A DNA stretch of 64,000 nt from Eledone cirrhosa (GCA_964016885.1 OZ024746.1:92876001-92940000), one strand, 5' to 3'; shown: positions 27,873-42,200, counted from the stretch's first letter. Program-made: numbers and translations. The notes: generated by a model not told the origin, from the sequence alone.

Positions 27873-28450
27873 TCTCTTCTTTGCCTTCTTATTCCTGAGA
27901 GGGTCGTGGGGACAAGACCCTCAAACACTCCTTCAAGCGGGTCCTGTCAGAAGCAACTCTCTAACTGATCCAGCTGGATCCACAAGGGAGACCAGACAAG
28001 CCACTGGATCTTATCCAACCGTCTTGCTTGGGGTTTACCCCTGGGTCTCCTGTCGGTTGGTTTTACCTGTAAAATCTGTCCAGCAATGTTTTCCTGCACC
28101 AGCTCCTTAATTCATCCTCCTACCTGCCAGCACTCATTAACATGGCCCCGAGATACTTGAATTTCTCCATCTGCTTTAGTGGAATTCCGTTCACATGTAG
28201 ATTGCACTGCGCAGCACTGATTTTTTTTATTCCAGGCATGCAGCACTAGGCACCTATCAAGTTCATGTCGTCTGTAATTTCCAGCTGACTGATGTTATAC
28301 CCACCAGTCGTCATACCACTTCCAACCTGGCTGCACATATCAATCTTGTTCATGAAGATGATAAACAGGGGTGGTGACAATACACACTCTTGCCAAAGTC
28401 TGTCTCCCACATTGAATGGTTTCGATTTAGCACCATTTATCTGAACACAA
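27873..28450 (-). mobile_element. Rex3/Expander-like RTE fragment with RT remnants and 3' end
   Basis: Minus strand: PFNVGDRLWQECVLSPPLFIIFMNKID (RT), QMEKFKYLG, and a 3' tail shared with the other copies. Confidence 0.75.
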
Positions 28451-29449
28451 ATACTTGGTCTTTAAGTGAGAAGTTTGTTTACTAACCAATTTGCTTTACA
28501 AATAGGCCTATTAGCTTTACAAGACAGACCAGGTTTGTTGAACCTGTTTACATGAGAACTGGCTATATTTCTTTAACTCCTGCTGTGAATATTCTATTTA
28601 CATTTGTCCTCTTTAAAAACTTCTGCTCCCAGTAAACCCTGTTTTTATAGACCCCTATTATTTTATTTCCTTCTAGTGTGTCAATTTAGGTTTATTCAAT
28701 TCTTATCATTTATTTACTGTCTCTGTGTAAGTAGTTATTAATTGTTAAATCTAGGGGTTTGTTTAAATTTAACCCTTTTATTATATTTCTAAAGAAAGAC
28801 TGTTTATAATTTTCAAATAATATTAGGAATAATCAAACCTTTGGAGAGATTTAGTAATATAAATTTATCATTAAGTTGGTGACTGGAACATAGATGTTCT
28901 TACATAAAATTACGATAGAAGGAACTTTAGATAAATATACTCTTTAAAATATTAGCTGTAAGGAAGAGTAAAGTGTATAAATATCGTCTTTTGTGTAAAA
29001 TAAATAAAATAAATGTTTTAGGTGCAGAATTGTGCTGTTAATTATTTGTCAGTAGGGTATGTTGTTTTTAGATAGAGAGAGACCTCATTTTATTGAATGT
29101 TGATGTCACTGAAGCAAATTGTTTTTTTAGAATTGTTTTCTCTCCCCTTCTGGTGATAATTATAGTGACTCTAGTCTGACTACCTAATAATACTCATTCC
29201 TGCTGTTAACTTGTCAAAACGGAAGATTTGTTAGTGTGCCTATTGGTTTACCAAGATCATTATCACCATCAGCAGTGATTATTAGTTTATTGAGATCATT
29301 ACCAGTGTTGTGTTGTTAGGAGTTTGGCTTGAAGACCCCATAACAGGCTTTATATTCATCAGTCCTTTTACAACTGGATATCTGCTCTGGTGCCAGCAGC
29401 CCTTTTAGACACTTAAAAAGAGTTGTCTGTATTGTATTACTAAAAATAA

Positions 29450-29620
29450 TGGTTTCTACTTTAGGAACAAGGCCACCAATTTTTCAACCCCAGTCCATGA
29501 CTGGTACTTTACTTTATCGACCCCCATAAGGATGAAAGGCAAAGCTAACCGTAGGATTTGAAGCCAGAACGTAAAGGGCCATAACTCTGTGACGAAAAGC
29601 ATGGTGTCCAACACACAGTA
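29450..29620 (-). mobile_element. tRNA-derived SINE
   Basis: Same central domain and B-box-like motif as 35117 and 63765. Confidence 0.7.
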
Positions 29621-30475
29621 ATGCAGTATAGTTTGTATCCAGCATTGTGAAATATATGGTTTGAACTGTTCTGAGAAAGCCAGAAAAATATGTTAAAAAT
29701 ACTATAGTGAAAACTAGAATGAATTAAAACAAACAAAATAATTGTTTGCTCTTAACTCCTTCGATAGTAAACTGCCTGAAGTTGCCCCTGTTTTATGATA
29801 CAAAACTTTAAGGTGTTTATGAGGATGATTATGTTGTTGGTTGAATGCCATAGGTAATGTCTTTCATTAAAAATATGGAAATGAAAGGGTTAAATTGTAT
29901 AAGAACCATACGTGAAGTCATTCTCACCATCATATCATCATTGTTTAACGTCCATTTTTCCATGCTAGCATGGTTTAGACGAGTTGTCCTGTTGCTAGAC
30001 AAGCCAGGTTGGATAACTGTACCTTGTTTATACAGAACTGATTTTGTCTTGGTTACAAAAGCTGAATGCCTTTCCTAATGCCAACGACATTTACAGTGTG
30101 TGCTGGGTGCTTTTTGTGATACCTACACAACCACTTTACAGTGTGGGCTAGACGCTTTTTGTTGTGATGCCTACACAGCCACCTTATAGTGTGGGTGGGG
30201 AGAAGTGTGTTGGGATTGGGGGTTAGATCTAGAGGTGTGTGTGAGGTGCCGGAGTGTTAGGACGTGGGAGGTGGATGAAAGGAGGGATATTTAGTAATAA
30301 AATAATTGATAATTTTTGTAAAATCATTAATTGAAATAATGTATTTCATTAGACATATGGTCATTAAAGGGTAAAGTATATGTGTAACTGTGGAATACTC
30401 TACCACTTTTCATGCTAATTCACTGAGAAGGTAGACTAGTTGATTGAACAACTGGCCAATCAAAAGTCATTCTTT

Positions 30476-30714
30476 TAACCCTTTAGTTACCAAACTGGCC
30501 AAAACTGACTCCGGTTCTATGAAATAAAATCACCCATTAAAAAGGTTTCCAATTTAAATAAAAATCTTTCAACATAATTTTATATAAGAACCTTACATTA
30601 AGTTACTATTTTAGGAATGAGATGGTTAATAATTTTTAGTAAATCCCTCAAAATTCTTCATTAATTAATTAAAATAAAGTATATTTCATTAGAAATGCGG
30701 TCATGAAAGGGTTA
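30476..30714 (+). mobile_element. piggyBac-type MITE (family B)
   Basis: TTAA-CCCTTTAGTTACC...GAAAGGG-TTAA. Confidence 0.75.
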
Positions 30715-32629
30715 AATAAATAAATTACTGTTTCTCCATTCTTTGTTTAGACATAATCTTGTTCTTCTGTTGGGGCTGGTTGATTGACACAAACCAGAGA
30801 AATGTTAGAAAATATATCAAAGTAGAGAAAGAAGTGAAGACATTTATTTCTGAAAGGAATTCTTCCCAATTGGTACTATTTCATAACACTATTGAATGGT
30901 ATATTTAAAAAATAGTATTATGGTAATACTATATAAGAATAGACAAAGAACATGTACTAGATGACTACCAATTGCTTCTGATAGATATAATATAAAGAAT
31001 TCTGTGAGATTATAAATAGTTTGTTCCACCCATGTGAATCAGCATGTATTATTATTAGGTTAGATTAGTAAATACAATGTTTTGTTGAAGACATATTTCC
31101 ACTCTTTTCTGTTCAGGAAACTGGGTTTATCTGATCTAAATATATACTTAAGGTTTTCTCTTGTGAATTAAATAAGTTTTTTTTCTAAGCAGTTTACGTA
31201 TATCCACTACATTAGATAGAAGTAAAAAGTTATTTATCCTTTAGTCAATAACTAGTCACTGGTACACTATGCTGTTGTCGCAGCTCACACCTGTGAAGGT
31301 TTAGCTGGCCTCATATGAAATTGTATCTCAAAGGAAGTCTCTTGGGCTTTTTAATAACGGGGGTCCCAGTACAATCATTTTGTTATTACAGCTCAGAGCT
31401 ATGTAGGTTCAGCTGGCCTTCTAAGAAGTTGAAACCTCAGTTTTTTGGGGTGTTTTAATGATAGAAGCCCTAATTCTATTATGAAAAGTCTGCTCCGTGG
31501 GCTTATCCCAAGTTCAGATGCATTTTTTTTTCAGTTGAATGAACTGGAGCAACATGAAAAGAAGTGTCTTGTTTAAGGACACTGTACCTCCTATCCCAGG
31601 AATCAAACCTATAACCTTATGATTATGAGTCACAGCCTAACCACTTAGCTACACACCATATCAAAATGTTTCCAGTACACCCTGTACAGGGGTGGGTGTT
31701 AGGAAAGGCATCCAGCTGTAGAAGTCGTGCTGAAAATGGAAATTAAGACCATAAGAATCTGTCCAACCCATACCAGAATGGAAAGCAGGTGTGATAAATA
31801 TAATCCCAAAACACAGCTGTGCTAAAGTTTAGTAAAGAAACCCTGTTTATAAAACAATGAGTTATGTACTAGTTAAAATGAAAAAAAATATATTGATGCA
31901 ATCTAATTTGGGAATTACATGTTGATGATATGAAGAATTTTGGAGAATATTCTTTGTATTTCCATTTTGTGCATATCTTAGCATTGTGTTTGTGTGTTTT
32001 TTAATTACAGGATCTATCAGTGCAGGTGACCTTGTAATTAGATTGGTCAAATTAAGCCATTTAAAAACCAGACCAGTATTTAGATGATTTCTTCAAGTAG
32101 TAGGTCAGATACTTTAGCAACTAATTAATACTTTGAAAGTGAAGGCTCATAGCCTAGTGGTTAGGGTACTGGACTTGTGATCATAAGATCATGAGTTTGA
32201 TTCCTAGACCAGGCATCAAGTTATGTTTTTGAGAAAGACACTTCATTTCACAAAACGTTTCATTTCATAAGAATGGAGGCCCTATCATTAAGGCATCAAA
32301 AAGCTTATGAGAGGCCAGCTAAACCTACATAAGTGCGAGCTGTAAATTTTATTTATTTAATACTTTAGGGGTGGAATGCTTAAGAAGTTTGCTTCAGAAT
32401 CATGAAATCTTAAGTCCGATCACATTATATGGCATTTTGGGCAAGTGTCTTGCCTCTGGTTGACCTAAGCCTTGCGAGTGAAAGTATGTAGATGGAAACT
32501 GTGCAGAAGCCCACTGGATGAATGATACCAGTAATTCATTGGTCTGGGCTTGTGACATTGCATTAAACTGATTCAGCTTTGGAATTAGATTAAGGGCACA
32601 CACATATGTGAGATTGTTAATCAAATATA

Positions 32630-33060
32630 CTATAATGGTTTCTGATTCACAAGGCCAATAATTTTGCGGGAGGAGAAAGTCAATTATATCGACCCCCCCC
32701 CCCCCCCCCCAGTGCATTACTGGTACTTTATTTTATCGACCCCGTAAGAATGAAAGGTAAAGCTAACCTTGGTGGGATTTGAACTCAGAATGTAACGGGG
32801 TGTAACTCTGACAAAAATCATGTCTGACGTTCTGTGGATCCTACTGTCAACCCACTGCTCTTCGAATATACTATAATTGTTTCTACTTTTGGCACAAGGC
32901 CAGCAATTATCCCAGTGTATTACTGGTACTTTATTTTATCGACCCCGTAAGGATGAAAGGCAAAGTTAACCTCGGCGGGATTTGAACTCGGATCATAAAG
33001 GGGCATAACTCTATGCTGCAAAGCATGGCGTCTGACCCTCTACCGATACTGCCAATCCAC
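32630..33060 (-). mobile_element. Two adjacent tRNA-derived SINE copies
   Basis: Both carry tactggtactttattttatcgaccccgtaa..atgaaagg and gggatttgaactc (B-box on the minus strand). Confidence 0.8.
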
Positions 33061-33179
33061 CGATCAATATACTATAATAAAAGATAAATTGTACCAGTAA
33101 TTCTAAAGGTCCAGCCCTGTTACATATTTTATCATGTTGATTCAGCTTAGGAATTAAATCAAGGATACACATGCTGAGA

Positions 33180-33428
33180 GATGCCTGAAACTGGCTGGAC
33201 ACATTCTGCACATATCCGAGTACCAGAATCCCTCTGTGGCAATGAGATGGATCTCAGTCGGTGACAAGCAGGAAAAAGGGAGACCCAAGAAAACCTGGCG
33301 TCCAACTTTAAAGATCTCCAGAGGTTTGGACTGGGAAACTTGGCAAGATGCTGCAGCTGATCATGTAAATTGGAGAAGACTGATTGCCCAATATGCCCCA
33401 GGGCATAGGAGGACCTAAGACTAAGACA
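33180..33428 (+). mobile_element. RTE LINE 3' fragment (further family)
   Basis: WAGH-like, KGRPKKTWR and AADHVNWRRLIAQ motifs; ends in (CTAAGA)2. Confidence 0.7.
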
Positions 33429-33711
33429 CATGTTTGTGGGTGGAATACTCAGTCATTTGTACTTTGTAATTCAAAGGTCGAGTCTTGTCACATATTAGAG
33501 CATGCTGATTCAACTTGAGAATTTTGTTAAGGCGTCACGTGGTTATGGAATACTCAACCACATTACACTTTAATTCATGCTGAAAGTTTTGTGAATTAAA
33601 CAACTGAAGTCTTTATCACTAAATGATGAACAGGATCTGTATCATCAGTACTTTAGTAGTGTAAAACTACATAGCCTAGTGATTAAAGTATTGCACTCAC
33701 AACCTTAATTA

Positions 33712-33924
33712 TTAACACTTTAGCATTTAAACCAGCCGTATCTGGCCAGAATTCTCTCACCTCTTTCTGTTCAAACTGGTCAGAACTGGCTGTTCTTACC
33801 AATGTTAAGGTATTGTTTACAAAAATAATATCATCAAAATCTCCTAGATTTGATATGCGAGATAATTGTGAGATAAAGCCTTTACTGCAAGGATACAATA
33901 GTAATGTAAATGCTAAAGGGTTAA
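33712..33924 (+). mobile_element. piggyBac-type MITE (family A) inserted into a SINE
   Basis: TTAA at both ends; SINE head to the left (gcctagtgattaaagt) and body to the right (gtgtccttgagcaagacactt). Confidence 0.8.
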
Positions 33925-35116
33925 AGTTGTGTGTTTTATTCTTGGACCATGTGGCATGTTGTGTCCTTGAGCAAGACACTTCATTTCACATTGCCCTGGT
34001 CCATTCAGCTGAATAAAAATGAGTACCAGCAACAGCAGTAACTGGGATTAATCGCTGTAATGGATTGGCTAGAAACCTTCTTTGAGATGCGCAACTAAAC
34101 CTACATATGTGTTATCTGTAACATGATAGGACAGGGTCCCCTATCATTAAAACACATGAGAAATCTAGAAGAGGCAGCCATGTAGGAGGTCAGCTAAATC
34201 TACATAAGTCTGGGCTACAGCAACAGTTTGTGTAACATTTACTTTAATGCTTCATTAGAATACTTTTGTATTTTTATTTTTCCTTTTTTTTCCACCCAAC
34301 TCTTACATATGGCATTTATTTAATCAAATTATGCATTAATTTGCTACAAGTTTTGTGTTACTAATTACTGTTATGTTCCAATGGCTTCATTATTTAGTAA
34401 AGGTGTGGCTTAGAAGTTAGGGTGTTCAGTTCACATTTCTGAATTTGTGAGTTTGATTCACAATGGCATGTTGGGTTCATGAGCAAGACGCTATTTCACA
34501 TTACTCTAGTCAGTTCATCTGGCAAAAATGTAATTCATTGGACCAGCATTATCACACTCTGTCCTGCTGAATTTCTCTGAGCAGTGCTTTAAGGAGCATG
34601 CATCTATGAAATGCTCAGCCACTTGCATGCTAGTTTTATGAGCAGGCTGTTCTGTTGGTCAAATAACTGACCATTTGAACTGACAGAGGTTCAATAACTG
34701 CTGCTTCATTATTTAGAGAAAATTGAAGATAAAGACATATATATCTTTGTCGAGGTGTAGAAATTAGATTTTCTTGGTCATAACATCCCCACGTGGGCTC
34801 TTATTTGCTTATAATAGTGAGATGGGGAGAGTGAGAGAGATGGTGACAGTGAGTGAAAGCGAGAGAACATTAACGTACACAGGCATTTGATAAGACAATT
34901 ACAGAGCTTTAGTTGTTGCTGTTGTTAACATTGTAGATGTTGTTGTAGCTGTTGTTGTACCAGGTAGAATCTGGAAATACTAATGAATCTCTTTAGTAAA
35001 TAAAATCTGATATTGACTTGTCTCAATTACTTTATTTATAGACTTTTGAAAATGTGTATATTTAATTAAATGTTTGGAAGTATTTTGATAAACATCTAAT
35101 ATTATCAGCAACAAAG

Positions 35117-35330
35117 GGTGGTGGATTGGCAGAATCGGTAGAGCATCGAACAAGCTTAGCAGTATAATTACGCCCCTTTACATTCTGAGTTCAAATCCCA
35201 CTGAGGTTAACTTTGCCTTTCATCCATATGAGGCCAATAAAATAAAGTACTAGTCATACACTGGGGCTGATTTTAATCGACTCTCCTTGCCTCCAAATTG
35301 TTAGCCTTATGCCTAAATTAGAACCCATTA
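35117..35330 (+). mobile_element. tRNA-derived SINE, near full length
   Basis: A-box-like TGGCAGAATCGGTAGAGC, B-box GAGTTCAAATCCC, central GAGGTTAACTTTGCCTTTCATCC. Confidence 0.8.
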
Positions 35331-35647
35331 TGTTAGCATAGAAAGGTACATGTAAAATGATGATGATCATTTTACATTCATTTTTCATGCAGGCATGGGT
35401 TGGACAGGGTGTTACCTTCTGCTACTAGATTGGTCAGAGGACAATGGCACCAGCACTACCACTTTAATGTGCTGGGTGCATTACACACACACGCGTGCGC
35501 ATGTGCACATATCCATAAACAACTTTATTAAAGTTTGGAGAAACTTACATATTCCACCTGTACAGCAAGGGCTTAAAATACCAGCATGTAGTAACTGCTT
35601 AGTGATGTCTCATCTATGGCAGTTGGTGTATTTGGGGCTTTCGTTGT

Positions 35648-36295
35648 TTAACCCTTGAGTATTTACATTACTTTATATTTCCTATTGTATTTTTGTGGTA
35701 AAGACTTTATCTTACATAATTGTTATATAATATCGAAGCTACGAGATTTTGATATTATTTATTTTGAGAACAATACCTTAAAATCAGTATGAGCAGCTGG
35801 TTATGGCCAGTTTGAACAGAAAGATACAGCTGATTTAAATGCTAAGGGGTTAATGTACCCTTCATTTAACCTTTTAGCATTTACATTATTCTATATTTAC
35901 TATTTTATTTTCATGGAAAACATTTTACATCACATAATTATCTCATATAATATTGTATCTACAAGCTTTTGATATTATTTATTTTGAGAACAATCCTTTA
36001 ATGTAAGTATGAGCAGCTGGTTACAGCTGGTTTGAACAGAAAGAAGTGAGAGAATTCTGGCTGGATATAGCTGGTTTAAATACTAAAGGGTTAAACCGGC
36101 CATATCCGGCCAGAATTCTCTCACCTCTTTGTTCATACCGGCTTTAACTGGCTGCTCATACTGACGTTAAGGTATTGTTCTCAAAATAATATCAATCTCA
36201 TAGATTTAATATTATCTGAAATAATTATGTGAAGTAAAGCCTGTACCATAAAAATATAATAGTAAATATAGAGTGACGTAAATGCTAAGAGTTAA
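35648..36295. mobile_element. Cluster of three family-A TTAA MITEs, one nested in another
   Basis: 35648-35853 (-); inner copy 35866-36094 (-) bounded by TTAA; outer copy split into cccttcat (35858-35865) and ttaaaccggccatatcc...gagttaa (36091-36295). Confidence 0.8.
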
Positions 36296-37423
36296 GATGA
36301 TAGAATATGGTTCACAGGAGATTTAGTTACCATTTCTAGACAGTCAAGCAACCATAAAGAGGCACACTTATTGGTGTATATACTAACTGGGATATGTTAT
36401 TTACTCATTGAAGATTTAGCTGTTATTTCTAGCAAGTCAAGCTGCCAGCTGGTACATATTTACTAGTATGTAGTAAAAGTTTAGTGTTCTCATCTTTGGC
36501 AGTTTGCCACTGAATCTTTATTTTTTGTTTTTTACTGTCTTATATGACTTTTGGTAAAATATTTAACCTAATTCTGTATCATGGTAGTTATCTTATAGCT
36601 GTTATTTAGCCCTTGGTCAGCCCCACATTCACTAGACACATGATCAAAGATTTTAAAGTCATGACCAGCCTGTCATTTTTTTTTAACCCTTTAGTCAACA
36701 AACCTTCCAACATAATGTTATATAAGAACCTTACATTAAGTTATCTTAGCAATGAAATAATAAATTTTGGTATATCCCTTAAAATTCTTCATTAATTAAT
36801 TAAAATAGACGACGGTATTTTATTAGTAATGCACACAGTCATGGAAGGGTTAAAACCCATTTATTTTAAAGTGTTTATATTTATCTAATAATCTTCCATT
36901 ATAATTTCATAAAAGAACTGATATGAGCAAGAAGTGGTTCTCTGACCATGATGTCCCATCCAACCTTTCTCAGTATGGAAAATGGATGTAAAATTATGAA
37001 AATTTTTATTGTTTTCTGTTTTTTTTTTTTTGTTTTTTTTGAGCTCAATTATCTAATTCTGTTCAACGGATATTGGAACATTGAATTATGTTGACTTTTG
37101 GCAGTTAAAAAGTAAATAAATTTTTCCAAAATTATCTTTAATTATATTTTAATCATACCTCTAAATCTAAGCGATTAAAATCCTCCTGTTTCTTGGAAAA
37201 CATGATAAAATAATACACTACAAAATGTTTTTTTTTTTAATTTTTGATTATACATATTTGTTCAGGCTCTTCAAATCCTGCAGAAGTTAACTTTACCTTT
37301 ATTCCTTTCAGGGTTGATAATATAAACTATCAATCCAGGGTAGTGGATAGGGGGAAATATTGGAGCATAAGACAATATTTGTTCTGGCTCTTGTTGGAAG
37401 ATTTTAATATAAATTGGAAACCT

Positions 37424-37669
37424 TTAACCCTTTCATGACTGCATTTCTAATGAAATACACTCTATTTCAATTAATTAATGAAGAATTTTGAGAGATTTAC
37501 TAGAATTATTATTTATTTCATTACTAAGATAACTTAATATAACATTTTTACTAAGATAACTTAATATAACATTGGAAGATTTTAAATTTATACTGGAAAC
37601 CTTTAAAATGAGTGGTTTTGTTTCATAGAACCAGAGCTGATTTTGGTCGGGTTGGTATCTAAAGGGTTA
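37424..37669 (-). mobile_element. piggyBac-type MITE (family B)
   Basis: TTAA-CCCTTTCATGAC...CTAAAGGG-TTAA; reverse of the 30476 copy. Confidence 0.75.
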
Positions 37670-37977
37670 ACAAAGTCTCTGTTGTGAGTATTTTGACCAG
37701 GGCTCTGGTTTAACCATGCCATCCTCTTCACTTCCATCTATCTCACAAAAGAGCCATGTTCACCGACTTTCTAATCATTTACTGTTTCTCTAGATCTGTG
37801 GTCCCCAAACCTATTTTGTAGGACCCTTATTCAATTTTTCAAGAATTACAGAACCCATGTCTCTATTTTGTGAACAATCTCTATCACCTCAAATTGATGA
37901 CATTAAGATATTAAATGAAACAAAAATTGTTTTGTCGAGAGAATTTATTCATATGAAAAAAAAAAAAAAAATTTATA

Positions 37978-38399
37978 TTAACCCTTTACTCTATATACTA
38001 TTGTATTTTTGTGGTAAAGGCTTTATCTTACTTAATATATCAAATCTATGAGATTTTGATGTTATTTATTTTGAGAACAATACCTTAATGTCAGTATGAG
38101 TGGCCAGTTATAGCTGGTTTAAACAGAAAGAGGTGAGAGAATTTTCACCAAATAAGGCTGGTTTAAATGCTCATATTAACCCTTTAGCATTTAAACCGAA
38201 CATATCCGGCCAGAATTCTTGCACCTCTTTCTGTTCAAACCAGTCATAACTGGCTGCTCATTCTTATGTTAAGGTATTTTTCTCAAAATAAATAACAAAA
38301 TCTCATAGATTCGATATTATGTGAGATAATTATGATATAAAGTGTTTACTGAGAAAATACAATAGTAAATATAGAGCAATGTAAATGCTAAAGAGTTAA
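37978..38399. mobile_element. Two adjacent family-A MITEs in opposite orientation
   Basis: 37978-38171 (-) and 38176-38399 (+), with TTAA/CCCTTT ends. Confidence 0.8.
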
Positions 38400-38544
38400 G
38401 ACTCCTTACCTCATGGAATTGTAGAATTTTTCATGAAGCCTACTTTGAGAAACATTAATTCAGATGAACAACAAAGGATTTCAAACTCTTAAACATTATA
38501 TATATATATTAAAGATATGCTTTAATACATATGCTTTGAGGCAT

Positions 38545-38850
38545 AGGCAAGGTTATGTGTTAAGGAGTTTGCTTCACTCCCACATAGCTTCAGATTCAGT
38601 ACCCCAGCTTGGTACCTTGGTCAAGTATCTTATACTTCACCAATACTGTGTGGGTGAAATTTGGTAGACGTAAACCATAGAAGCCTGTTGGTGTGTGTGT
38701 GTATGCCCTGTAACTTTGCAGTTCAGTAAAAAGCATCCATAAAATAAGTACTAGATTTGAAAAAAAATATGTACTGGGGTTGACATGGTCTATTAAAACA
38801 AATCCCTTGAAGGCAATGCCCCAGCATGGCCGCAGTCTAATGTATTAAAC
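38545..38850 (+). mobile_element. SINE (second family, tRNA-like head)
   Basis: gtgggtgaaatttggtagacg..aagcc core, shared with copies near 4340-4650, 10520, 32440, 40630-40910, 44570 and 48495. Confidence 0.65.
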
Positions 38851-38931
38851 CATTTTCATCAGAAACATTGATTAAAAATAAAAAATTGTCCGTTTTCTTT
38901 CAATATTTCAATAATATTTAATTAAAATGTT

Positions 38932-38972
38932 AAACTAAATTCAAATCTCTTTTCATTTGCTTTCAGGTAAGC
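38932..38972 (+). other. Candidate recursive splice site (3' splice site directly followed by 5' splice site)
   Basis: actaaat...tctcttttcatttgctttCAG|GTAAGC; AG at 38965-38966, GT at 38967-38968; outside any repeat I recognise. Confidence 0.4.
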
Positions 38973-39240
38973 AAATATATATTATAAGAAATCAGATGAC
39001 GTGATCATTTTACAAATTACAATTGAACCTGGTGTGTATTGTTTGAAAAGTAGGTTATTTTGTTTTTTTTGTATTTGCCTCTCCCCAACATTCACTTTCA
39101 ATTTTAACTTATTTTTAGAGGCCTTTGTGTTTTCATATTTTTAATAAAAGCACACAGCTTAGTGGTGTACTGAAACGTGTAGAAAAATAGAAAGATATGC
39201 ATTAATAAAATCATAATATAAACAGCCACAATCACGGAAA

Positions 39241-39292
<52 letters not shown>

Positions 39293-42200
39293 ATTATAAT
39301 CATGGGGATATAGTGACTGCCTCTCCATCTCTCACTATTATAAGCAAATGGGGGCCCATGCACTGGCTGCCACACAGCCTCGGTGGTAGGTTGTATTTAT
39401 AGTTATGTTGTGGATTCACTGTTGTGTTCTGCAGCAAGGAATTTTTATTTTAAGTTACTCCAGTCAAGTCAACTAAAAATGAGTACCAGCAGCTGCTGGG
39501 AGTTAAACCTGCAATAGACAGGCATCCTCTCCTGAGGAAAGTCCTGTACTTGCAGTTGTTTAACATCAATGAAACTGGGGTAAGCCCTGGCCTGATGACC
39601 TAGTCTTGAGGCAGGCTTAACCTTTTCAATACCAACTCATCTGAGACTGTTCTTGATTCTTTGATATAAAATCTGTCATTTTATATTGTTTATATTTAAA
39701 TTAAAACTTTGCTTCATAATTTTATGTTCCAATTAAGAATTTTATAGATGCTTGTACATAATCTAATCTGTTGTTTTATGGATGGTATAAGTAAAATATT
39801 TGGTTTCTTTACCAAACTTTAACAAAGCTATATATATATATATAAGTAATCTTGCAATACAAAAACGAAGGTTATATATTCTTATATATATATATATATG
39901 TGTGTGAGTGTGTGCGTGTTCAGTCCTTTTCTTGTTTCATTCTTCTTTGATAAGGGGTTTAACGTGAAAGGTCAGATCCTTTCCTGTTCTTTTGATTTGG
40001 TGTAATTATTTTCATTGCCCATATTTTATTGTTTCTCACCTTTTGTTAACCTTGTTCAATCTCACACTTTGTTCAACTGTCCGGCTCCTTTTTTTACCTT
40101 TTTTCCTCATCCTATTTGTTTCATTATTTTGTACGTCTCGTGTGTGTGTGTTCCTTTCTTTAAGATCTCTCACTTTGAGAACTAACTGTTCATTTAGTCC
40201 ACCCCACCATCAGATAATGTGTGAGGACTGTCAGTCACTGTAGTTAATAATTACTGTTCCACTCTATGATTATGGAAGATAATAGCTAGTATTGTTAGTA
40301 TAGCTGGTATATCTGATATAACTGGTATTGTTAGTGTAGTTGGTGGTGTTAGCGTAGTTGGAGTTAACACAGTTGGAGTTGTTTGTGTAGTTGGTGACTT
40401 AAATATGAAATCTGGTGGTGCGATTAAGTTAGCATGGCCTAGCTAATACTAGCCGAAACTTATAGTTATCAATGTAATATTTACTTCTAGTAACATTTCA
40501 TACAATTGAGATATTTATATGAATTATTGAAACATTCAACTGTAAAATATAGTTGTACTCTTTTACTAAGATGGTAAAGTAATGTTCAGAAATTTGATTA
40601 AGTTTGTATGCTCTGAGAGAGGCATAGATTTCAGCATTTTTTAGCAGGGCTGGGGTTAGGGTTGGTCTTGTGAGTGAAATTGAGTGGAAAGAAACTGTGT
40701 GGAAGCCTGTTGGAGGGAGTGTATCTATTATTTGGTGTAATAGACATACACAGGCATGGTTCTGTGGTTAAGAAGTTTGTTTCACTAATACATGGTTCCA
40801 ATTTCACTTTTACTACAAGGCACATTGGCCAAGTGTTTTCTACTGTAACTCCAGTTGATAAATACTTTGTGAGTGGATTTTAATCAACAGAAATTGTATG
40901 AAAGAATGAGTATATGTGTGTTGTAGGATTAAAATATGTTTTGGCCCTAATGGTGAACACATTTTAGAAGTAATTAGGTTGATTTTGGGGTGTATTGATT
41001 GATTGATTTTTGGGTGTGTTGAAAATAAATGGTTATTTTTAAAAAGTCTGCTTTAAAAGTTTAATTTACAATCTTGAGGTTGTTGATAAAGCCACTTATT
41101 GACTTTAAAGTTTTAAAAAGTTTTTCTGTGTGTATTGGTCTATAACTAATTTGTTCATTAAAAGAAAATTTCTGTTTCCACTTAAAACATTTCAATTGAA
41201 AATATGGATTTTCTTTTTTCCTGCTGTTTTAATTCAGTATTTACTCATTGCCATTCAGAAATATATTTCATAATCCAGAGCTTAAAAGATATATTACTTG
41301 TACAGAGGGTGGTGGGAAGAATCATTGCATTGTAGTTTCTGTGTGGGGTGGCATTGAGGTGTGGTTTTTGTAGCTTGCTTGATCAATGATGAGAGGAAGC
41401 ATTGAGCTAAGTTTCTGTGGCTTACTTGAACAATGGTGGGAGTGGTTATTGAGCTACAGTTTATGTGGCTTGCTTGAACAATGGTGGGAGAGGTTATTGA
41501 ACTGCAGTTTCTGTGGCTTATTTGAACAAACTTTGGTTGAAGAAGTCTTTAAAGATTTTAGTAGCTGCCAAGTGACACATGCTTTCAGTAGAATAAATAA
41601 TCTGTTGAAATAAAAAGCAGATAGTGTTAAGTAGATTATAGAAGGTAGAGGTTATAAACTACAGGACTGGTGATAATAATGTATTGCTAAATACTACATG
41701 TTTAATGCTGATATAGTTTAGTTATGTTTTGTGTTCTAATGTGTAGCAACTTTCTGAAGCACTTGTACTCAAACATTTAGATACTTCCCTCTGTGTTGGC
41801 TATAAGAATACTGGTATATGTTTACTGCTGTTGTGGGCAATATATCATATTTACTGGTGTATAATAGCCTGAAATATTTTGTGTTCTTGTTATATTTACT
41901 GATATTGTGGACAATATCATCTATAATTAATAGATAATATAATATCCTGTTACCTATTGTTGTTATATTTACTGGTGTTGTACCCAACATAATCTTTCAT
42001 TAATATATAATATAGTATATCCTGAAATCTTTTGTGTTGTTATATTTACTTGTGTTGGGGACAGACTCTTTCATAAATACATAATATAACATCCTGTAAA
42101 ACTTAGTTGTTTTGTATCTTGGTGATTGAAATATATAGTTGGACTGTTTCCTATTGCTCTCTTTAAATCTACAAGAGGGTTTCAGATCACTGCAAACTCC

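Noticed and set aside
35117-35200. Possible tRNA gene (A/B boxes)
   Set aside because: No cloverleaf; it is the head of a multi-copy SINE.
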